Shown here: positions 57,180-64,000 of the stretch, piece after piece
Numbering within the stretch: position 1 is the stretch's first letter
Layout of the letters: each line of letters starts with the position of its first letter
Source: a virus
Taxonomy: Duplodnaviria; Caudoviricetes
DNA length: 64,000 nt
Strand: one strand, 5' to 3'
IMG/VR virus record: IMGVR_UViG_3300042258_000071
Coordinates: 160,001 to 224,000 of that record
Translations under genes and position numbers: made by a program
The notes under the pieces: generated by a model
What the model saw: only the letters and a program-made list of their open reading frames with translations
What the model was told of the DNA's origin: nothing
Database searches by the model: none

Positions 57180-58730
57180 TTATGTCCCAACAAAAAACTC
57201 ACAAGAGAGATTATTGTCTGAAACAGGATAGATGGCGAGTTCTTTAAGATAACCCTGAAGAGGACCGATCTTGATGAGAGGAGCCTCTGTGGCGATACTT
57301 GAAAATTCACCCTCAAGGGTTACTGACGGATTTCCCGTTGTTTTATGTTTAAGAGATAATGGAGAATATGAAAGTGCTGTGATCACATTCTCAAGAGACT
57401 CAGTTAATGGGGTTGAGATCTGATAACCAGATCGCATACAAATCAGAGTATCACTTTCAGATTCAATAGTGATCCATTTTTGACCATCTACCTCAAATAA
57501 GTTTGCATCATGAGATTCATCTGAAAAGGGTGTAGAACCATGTGCTAGATGACTGTACCACCTCAAGTAGATCATTCCTTCATCGTGTCGAATGGTGGAA
57601 GCATCCATTGATATCTCAAGATCTGGAAACGTCACCAGACCTGTAGCATTACTTGTTGGTATATAAGGTGGGAGACCTGCTCCTAAATTATGAGATATTC
57701 CAAATAATCCAAATAAAGTCTTTTGAGAACCTTCATATTCGAATACTTCAGGATCGTGGTGCCCAAGTACACTCAAGCTAATATCCCCACTCATACTACT
57801 GACAAAAGCAGAGAGACCTATACGCAACCATCCTGACCGAGACATGTGAATATAAGTGTCGAGAACTTCAGTTCCTTTGAAATAAACTTTCTTGTTCACA
57901 ACATCGACTGTAACGAGATGGTTCGGTAGTATTTCTGATGTATTAACATTGACCAACTGGAGGGTTATATATTCTGCTAGATATGGGAAAACATACACAG
58001 ATGGAGTTTGAAGAGTTGTAGCTGTCGAGGTTAGAGCATTAAGGACGTGACAGATGCACCCTTGTGTACCAGTGGTGCCATTTGATTCTTTAACAAGAAC
58101 CGTATTATCAGGTTCAAGATCTGGACCTAACAGTCCTTCTGTGTCAACAGTTATAACACCCTCCCCATAGGTGCGGAGCCGGGAGGTTGTGGTTGCTATG
58201 GTTTCAAAAGCAGCTTTTGCATTTGATCTTGAGAATCGATTGCTTCGCTTTCCAAACAAGGGAATCATAGGGGTACCATCGACCCCATAATCAATGATAA
58301 TACCAGAGGTTGGACCATTTACCATAACACCTTCTTCATTAAAGATTTTATATCCAGTTGGATATGAAGACATCTGATAAATTTCATCTGTGATCCATTC
58401 ACAGATAGTGGGGTCGAGAGCAAAGGTTGGGATCATAAGAGGAGGTGTTCCTGGAAAGAATAGGGTCGTGATCTGTTCGATGACATCTGCGCCAAGATCG
58501 GAGAAACGCATCGAGTGAACATTACCTGACTTAAGGATGTGATCATCAATTTTATTAGAAAGCTCTTCAAGTTTCTTAGGGTCTAAATCCCTTAAGATCC
58601 TTCGAAATTTCTCAATCATTTTTGTTGCAGAAAAATGAGGAGAAGGAGTTACCTCATTGACAGTACCAGTAGGATCAAGTTGAATATCAAATCCAACAAT
58701 AGATCCACTTGGGGCTTTACGATTTATCAT
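57180..58730 (-). CDS. Probable virion structural protein with lectin-like/fibre domain
   Basis: 516 aa; DYG..G...RSN, GWLRIG patterns; SD AAGGAG. Confidence 0.55.
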   Translation of the reverse strand: MINRKAPSGSIVGFDIQLDPTGTVNEVTPSPHFSATKMIEKFRRILRDLDPKKLEELSNKIDDHILKSGNVHSMRFSDLGADVIEQITTLFFPGTPPLMIPTFALDPTICEWITDEIYQMSSYPTGYKIFNEEGVMVNGPTSGIIIDYGVDGTPMIPLFGKRSNRFSRSNAKAAFETIATTTSRLRTYGEGVITVDTEGLLGPDLEPDNTVLVKESNGTTGTQGCICHVLNALTSTATTLQTPSVYVFPYLAEYITLQLVNVNTSEILPNHLVTVDVVNKKVYFKGTEVLDTYIHMSRSGWLRIGLSAFVSSMSGDISLSVLGHHDPEVFEYEGSQKTLFGLFGISHNLGAGLPPYIPTSNATGLVTFPDLEISMDASTIRHDEGMIYLRWYSHLAHGSTPFSDESHDANLFEVDGQKWITIESESDTLICMRSGYQISTPLTESLENVITALSYSPLSLKHKTTGNPSVTLEGEFSSIATEAPLIKIGPLQGYLKELAIYPVSDNNLSCEFFVGT

Positions 58731-58745
58731 AATGGAACTTTCTCC

Positions 58746-59723
58746 TTATTTTTCATGGAGGATCATGTTAATGAGATTAGTATCTAGAATCTCTCCATAC
58801 AACCCTATTTCACGAATACCACTATTTGTAAGATGAACCCGATCCCGATCAAGTGGGTGATGGATTTGGAGAGTATCATGTTTTCGATAAAATCCACTTG
58901 CATTGTTCTCAAGAGCAACTGTCACGTAATTATTTTCCATATCTAAATAATGGAACGTGCAGGATCCTGGTTTAAAAGTGAATATGCAGTTCACCCAATC
59001 TCTACCTTGAACTTCCGAGAATAGGATAGGAGGTTGAGAAGCCTCATGATAAAAGGTGAATCCTGTCGGAGTGACATTTATGGTTGAAAGTTCATTTGTA
59101 CTAAGATGTAAGGTTATGCGACGATCGGATATACCAAGTGATGATCTTACAATGTTTCTAATCTTAAAGACAAAAGTCCCACAATAAAATGCTTGTTCCA
59201 CCGGGATGGGGAAGTAGGTATTGGTATCTTGAGAATACCGTGTGAGTTCATCAATGTTAGATTGGTCAATTGTAAATATAGGTGACCTAGTTGTGAGTTC
59301 ATCTGGAAGGATGTCTCCCCGATAATAATCTGTGACAGGGGAGGACCCTTCCGTTACGATATACGACCAGGTGTTCATTAGGAGTCTTGTCATGAGTTCT
59401 AATAGTAAGGGGTAATTCTTACCATATTTCAAATTAAAATCGGACTCTTCAAGAGGTGTTTCTGTGATCTTAACATATCGAGCGTAAAGTTCGCCTAAAA
59501 AGCTTTCTAATACTGGTCCATCAAAATCTGAAAGATTCCCATGAGCATCATGCCCTGTTGCAAATACATGTTGCCTGAAGAGTTCAAGTAATGTGTTAAA
59601 ACGATCACCTGAATACCGCTTAGAGTATCCATCTAAGAGTTTGTAAACATCATTTGCAACCCGTGGAGGGAGAATATCTCCACTCCGTTTGGTATATACT
59701 GTAAATCCTCTAATCTCATTCAT
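58746..59723 (-). CDS. Probable virion structural protein
   Basis: 325 aa, co-oriented with 57180 gene, similar C-terminal GIREIGLY/GYLKELAIY motif. Confidence 0.55.
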   Translation of the reverse strand: MNEIRGFTVYTKRSGDILPPRVANDVYKLLDGYSKRYSGDRFNTLLELFRQHVFATGHDAHGNLSDFDGPVLESFLGELYARYVKITETPLEESDFNLKYGKNYPLLLELMTRLLMNTWSYIVTEGSSPVTDYYRGDILPDELTTRSPIFTIDQSNIDELTRYSQDTNTYFPIPVEQAFYCGTFVFKIRNIVRSSLGISDRRITLHLSTNELSTINVTPTGFTFYHEASQPPILFSEVQGRDWVNCIFTFKPGSCTFHYLDMENNYVTVALENNASGFYRKHDTLQIHHPLDRDRVHLTNSGIREIGLYGEILDTNLINMILHEK

Positions 59724-59867
59724 ACTGCAAATACCTTTTATAACGTTATAAAAATATGCATACCATAAGCTTATCCTTACCCTATTCTCTGCTAAAATAG
59801 ATAAAACTATAAGTGTTCAATTGTATGTTGATTAAGGGATATTACTTATAAAAATTTGGAGAAAATC

Positions 59868-61334
59868 ATGCTTCTTAATAGGGTGGCATTTCAAGAACTT
59901 TCTTTCATACCTTCACTTAACACAGGATCACTTTTAGATATTGGTACGGGTACGTTTGTCCCAGGGGTTTCTGGAAATATGGTTCTTGATGGTGGTATTA
60001 CATTTGGAACTTCTGTTCTTGGTCGAAATGGTCTTTTTAAATCAGCAACCATTATTGGCGACTTCGTAAACGCATGGGCACGCCTCCCAGGTGCCGACCT
60101 CATTGTTCATGATGTTGAACGTCATCAAAATGAGGAGCGGGTGTTAGGTATGTCAGATGTTACACCCCATCCTAAAAACGAACTTAATATCATTGCCGGA
60201 ATTGAGAATACCGCAGAGAGTGTCTTTAACACGATAGAAGCCATTGTTAAAGAGCGGGTTAAGCATAAAAAAGATTACATGGTTGAAACACCTTTCTTAG
60301 ACCAGAAAACCGGAAAACCTAAAACCATGATGGTCCCTATCCTCCTTATTGAGGATAGCTGGACTGAGATGCGAACTCAGCTTTATATTGACATTATGGA
60401 TGGTAAAGTTAAACTAAATGACGATGGAACTATCCAGTCTAAAGGTGAGATTTCAGATCCTGCTAAGAATACAGTTGCGATGCGAGAAGGCCTTGTAAAA
60501 TCACGGCTCTCAAGAGAATATGCAAGACTGGCTGAGTATGGAAATCTATATGTTGGGGCTACGGCACACGTTGTAGATAAAGGTATCGAAAACCCTATGA
60601 TGCCATCTGCTAAAGACAATCAGTACATGAAACAGTCTGAAAAGATTAAAGGTGTTGGCAAAGACTTCATGTTCTTAATGACGACTGTTTTAGAGTGTCG
60701 TAAAGCACGTGTCATGGATGATGGGAGTCGTAATGTTCTGTACCCTACAAAAGAAGGTCTTATTGCACCAACCGATCTAAATGAAGTGTCTCAACTTATT
60801 ACCCGAGGGAAAGTTCGAGGATCTGGAGGTCAACTTAATCGTGTCTACTCTCAGGCATATGGGTTAAATAAAGGACTCACAGATTATCATTATCTAAGGG
60901 ATGGTATGAAATATTGGGGGATGAAGGGAAACCCTCAGAATCATCAATGTGCATTATATCCCGAACAGAACTTGTCACGTACAACAATCAATGATCTGAC
61001 GTATAATGATCCTAAGCTAAGACGTGCTCTTGAGATTACTGCACAACTCTGTTTCATTCGTCACAATTGGACAATGAGATCTGCACCAGTACCCTTTACT
61101 ATTACACCTCAGGCGTTGTTTGAGAAACTTCAACAAACAACCAATGTGGCAGATGACATTCTTACATCCCGTGGATGGTGGACATATACTCTCCCTGGTG
61201 AACAACCCAACAGTCAACCCTACCTTTCTCTTTGGGATATCCTTTCGATCGCTGAAGGGAAATATAAACCTAAACACATTTCTGTTAAGACACCCAGTTC
61301 GAGCAAAGCAGAAGAAGCATCTAATTCAAAATGA
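59868..61334 (+). CDS. uvsX: UvsX/RecA-like recombinase
   Basis: LNTGSLLD, GRNGLFKS, LLIEDS, R.K.R.SG; size typical of phiKZ-like UvsX. Confidence 0.85.
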   Translation: MLLNRVAFQELSFIPSLNTGSLLDIGTGTFVPGVSGNMVLDGGITFGTSVLGRNGLFKSATIIGDFVNAWARLPGADLIVHDVERHQNEERVLGMSDVTPHPKNELNIIAGIENTAESVFNTIEAIVKERVKHKKDYMVETPFLDQKTGKPKTMMVPILLIEDSWTEMRTQLYIDIMDGKVKLNDDGTIQSKGEISDPAKNTVAMREGLVKSRLSREYARLAEYGNLYVGATAHVVDKGIENPMMPSAKDNQYMKQSEKIKGVGKDFMFLMTTVLECRKARVMDDGSRNVLYPTKEGLIAPTDLNEVSQLITRGKVRGSGGQLNRVYSQAYGLNKGLTDYHYLRDGMKYWGMKGNPQNHQCALYPEQNLSRTTINDLTYNDPKLRRALEITAQLCFIRHNWTMRSAPVPFTITPQALFEKLQQTTNVADDILTSRGWWTYTLPGEQPNSQPYLSLWDILSIAEGKYKPKHISVKTPSSSKAEEASNSK

Positions 61335-61348
61335 TGCCATGCAGAGCC

Positions 61349-61381
61349 TGTGAGAGTAGGGGCAGTGCCCCTACTCTCACA
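61349..61381. terminator. Hairpin
   Basis: TGTGAGAGTAGGGGCA-g-TGCCCCTACTCTCACA. Confidence 0.75.
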
Positions 61382-61459
61382 TTTATACCGTGTGTTATAC
61401 CCTGCGAACTTTCATGATATAGTTTATTTATAATGTTCACAATAAGGAGGGCACGTTAC

Positions 61460-63253
61460 ATGCCCACGACTAATATCCTTGTCGATGAAGTTCAAACCAA
61501 CGTTATTGATACCGTTACACATCAGGCTACAATCTCTATTTTAAAAGACTTAAACTTATATGAGAAATTTAAAGATCGTAACATTACAATTACAAGTGAT
61601 CACCAAAGAGATGCTTCTTCAAGAGATGTAAATGAGAATCTTCGTCTTGAAAATTCGGATCGATGTAATGTTCTAGCAACTCTTACGTCAAATCCGCAAA
61701 GGATGAAATGGGACATTCTTCATTTTGGTACATTACAAACATATGGCCAAGCAGGAAGTCAATATGCAAGAACCATGCAGTTCCCCTTATTCTCAGATAA
61801 CACCATAGGGCTTCGAGTCATTGAACAGATGTCTCCTAGGGCAGTTGAATTGGAGTTTACACTTACGTTTAAAGATAAGAATGACGCTTTAAAAACAGAA
61901 GCGATCATTGCTAATAAATATCATGGAACAGCATTGCTTAATGTCCATGATCTTGTGTATACATACCCTCTTAATATCGAGTTTCTTTCCGTCTTAAAAT
62001 GTTTTTATAATCTAAGAACCTCGTACAATCAATCTAAGGACTTTATTACATATTTAAAAGAGTTCTTCTCAAAAGAGATGGTTTTTGAACATCTTAAGGA
62101 TAATGATACTAAGAAACGTCCATGTCTTAAGGCATATCAGATTAACGCGCTTGGATTATTGGAGTATGATCAGGAACGTCCGGAACCTGTTATTGTTGAA
62201 AATGTAACTGATCGATGGGAGGTGCGTTTCAGATACTCTATTCAATTTGGATGTCCAGATAGTTTTATTATCGATTATCCTACCGTTGTTGAAAATCAAC
62301 TTGTTCCTACATTCGTAACACCTCCTGTTCAAGATACCACATATAACTTTATGGAGTTAGAAGGGTATCTTCAGACAAAACCTTTCACCCATGTTCTTAG
62401 ACAACTGTATGGTAGAACATCATATCTCATAAGAATTCCCACATACGAAACCTTTAATCCTCCAAGAGGTCCTTTACAAACCTATGCCTACAAACCTTTT
62501 CTTATCAGTGCCCTTCTTTTAGAAGAAAATGGGTCATCCACCTTTGATCTAAAAGAGATTGGAGATGTGCATCTGCATGGAGCGACAGTGGAGATCATGA
62601 AGCGTGCAGGTTTAGACGTTCTTGGGTACAGCGGTCTTTTCAATGTTACAGTATATGCAAGGGATGCGATCATACGAGAAGGGATTTCTATTGATGAGGA
62701 TTTGATTTTAACACTAGATGACTTTGATAGAACCATCCCCTATTATCTCGTCCTTTCAGAAGCAACCACTCTTACCAATTTGAACGTTGAAGCGATTGAG
62801 GACCTCCAAGACTATAGATGGTTTTTCGCAACGCTGATTGCTCAGAATCTGAATTACATGATCACACATCGGTGGTTAAAAGTGGTCCCATCTTATCAAC
62901 TCATAGCGCTTATAAGCCGTCTTATAGCAAACATGGAAATCAATGCCTACATTGAGTGGTTGTACGCAGAAGGACATGCAGGTAAGGATATTTTCCAAGT
63001 ATCGTTTAATGTATATGTTTTTTGTGAATATATTGGAATGACAATTTCTAAAATAGATCCTTCTAAACGATTCTTGTATGACATTTTAATGGAGAAGTTG
63101 AGTTTAGATGGTAAGGTGTTTCCTCCATATCCTAAAATGTATGTGAGAACAACTGACAATAATTATCCTTTAAAGTTCAATTCCATGGAGACCGATCATG
63201 CCCTTTCCGTCCCTTTCAGGGTCGCACAATACCGACTCACCGCCGGTCAATGA
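61460..63253 (+). CDS. phiKZ-like virion structural protein
   Basis: SD AAGGAGG before ATG 61460; HDLVYTYP, YPTVVENQLVP motifs. Confidence 0.65.
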   Translation: MPTTNILVDEVQTNVIDTVTHQATISILKDLNLYEKFKDRNITITSDHQRDASSRDVNENLRLENSDRCNVLATLTSNPQRMKWDILHFGTLQTYGQAGSQYARTMQFPLFSDNTIGLRVIEQMSPRAVELEFTLTFKDKNDALKTEAIIANKYHGTALLNVHDLVYTYPLNIEFLSVLKCFYNLRTSYNQSKDFITYLKEFFSKEMVFEHLKDNDTKKRPCLKAYQINALGLLEYDQERPEPVIVENVTDRWEVRFRYSIQFGCPDSFIIDYPTVVENQLVPTFVTPPVQDTTYNFMELEGYLQTKPFTHVLRQLYGRTSYLIRIPTYETFNPPRGPLQTYAYKPFLISALLLEENGSSTFDLKEIGDVHLHGATVEIMKRAGLDVLGYSGLFNVTVYARDAIIREGISIDEDLILTLDDFDRTIPYYLVLSEATTLTNLNVEAIEDLQDYRWFFATLIAQNLNYMITHRWLKVVPSYQLIALISRLIANMEINAYIEWLYAEGHAGKDIFQVSFNVYVFCEYIGMTISKIDPSKRFLYDILMEKLSLDGKVFPPYPKMYVRTTDNNYPLKFNSMETDHALSVPFRVAQYRLTAGQ

Positions 63254-64000
63254 GCAACCTTCTAACATACAAGATGTGTATGATCAGGTAGATCATGTTC
63301 GAGATGTTACTGTTGAGAAGAATGCTTTTAACTCTTCTGATTTTAAGGTAGATCGACAACTCATTTTAGGCTACCTCGAAGGTCACAAGATCCAAGTGAC
63401 GTATTATCACGTTGAAAGTTCCACTTATCATCAAAGGTCTTCCCCATCTGATACAACCGCTAAACGTGACAATATTGAAATACCTTTAACAAAGATATCT
63501 GAGTTCGAACTTATTCTTCCTAGTAACATTGGAAATCTTGATTGGAATCAAGATGCCTCTGCAGGTACAGTTACTGGTGAGGGGATGGTTTATTCTGGGT
63601 TTAATGCTAAGATAGGGGATTTGTTTATTTATTCTCTTGGAGAAGGACGGGTTGGATTATTCACAGTAGCCTCTGTTCAACCGCTCTCCATCTATAGTAC
63701 CGCAACCCATCGCATTTCTTTTATTCTTAAAAATGCTAATGTCGACACTTCCGAGCGACACCTCATTGAAGATCGTGTTGTTAAACATCTCTATTTTGAT
63801 AAACGCGCTTTTCTTACAGGAGATCGAATTCTTCTCACTGCAGATAGTAAACTTCAAAGTGATACCTTAAAACGGCTTACATCGAACATGATTTCTTTTT
63901 ATTATAAGAAGTTTTATAGTTACGTATCTAACTCTGTTGTGGCGCCCTCCCCTGACTATGCGTATGATCCTTATATTGTCGAGTTCTTAAATAAAATTGT
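63198..64000 (+). CDS. phiKZ-like virion structural protein, runs off window (absent from ORF track)
   Basis: SD GGAG; no stop to 64000; GYLEG..VTYY, IGDLF...G.GR.GLF, YDPYIVEFL. Confidence 0.75.
   Translation, partial: MPFPSLSGSHNTDSPPVNEQPSNIQDVYDQVDHVRDVTVEKNAFNSSDFKVDRQLILGYLEGHKIQVTYYHVESSTYHQRSSPSDTTAKRDNIEIPLTKISEFELILPSNIGNLDWNQDASAGTVTGEGMVYSGFNAKIGDLFIYSLGEGRVGLFTVASVQPLSIYSTATHRISFILKNANVDTSERHLIEDRVVKHLYFDKRAFLTGDRILLTADSKLQSDTLKRLTSNMISFYYKKFYSYVSNSVVAPSPDYAYDPYIVEFLNKI

Noticed and set aside
45150-61420. ATGATAT motif upstream of ruvC, PolB and the 61460 gene as a middle/late promoter
   Set aside because: A short AT-rich 7-mer that is expected a few times by chance; it cannot be supported without TSS data.
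1-64000. CRISPR array, tRNAs, rRNA, transposases, introns/inteins, chimallin
   Set aside because: No regularly spaced repeats, cloverleafs or recognisable motifs were seen. Helicase, UvsX and PolB lengths leave no room for inteins, and no ORF is recognisable as ChmA by eye.

Overview
This window is a 64-kb fragment of an AT-rich phiKZ-like (probably nucleus-forming, Chimalliviridae-type) jumbo phage. The left ~37 kb is an accessory/early region of mostly short + strand genes: HD and HAD hydrolases, P-loop kinases, a GNAT, a C39-like peptidase, several XRE-type HTH proteins, a lipoprotein, a repeat fibre protein, a C-terminally truncated NAD-dependent DNA ligase and a PhuZ tubulin. The right ~27 kb holds core genes: SbcC-like ATPase, RuvC, the exonuclease/motif-A half of a split family-B DNA polymerase, major capsid protein, DnaB helicase, UvsX/RecA and virion proteins. 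The non-coding DNA is built from two recurring parts: a phiKZ-type early promoter (TATATTAC, here extended to TATATTAC-N5-TGA, 11 exact copies of the core) and ~35 purine-arm/pyrimidine-arm hairpins. Together they form terminator-promoter-gene cassettes. Most notable observations: (1) a possible two-gene NAD ligase, with the catalytic core at 28.3 kb and a LigA-like Zn-finger/HhH protein at 40.2 kb; (2) a ~50-bp hairpin direct repeat with a compensatory change bracketing a 4.2-kb gene block; (3) a possible Tad2-like anti-defence domain; (4) several accessory genes broken by single-base indels or in-frame stops while all core genes are intact. No tRNA, rRNA, CRISPR array, transposase or intein was recognised. 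All family assignments come from reading motifs by eye, not from database searches.
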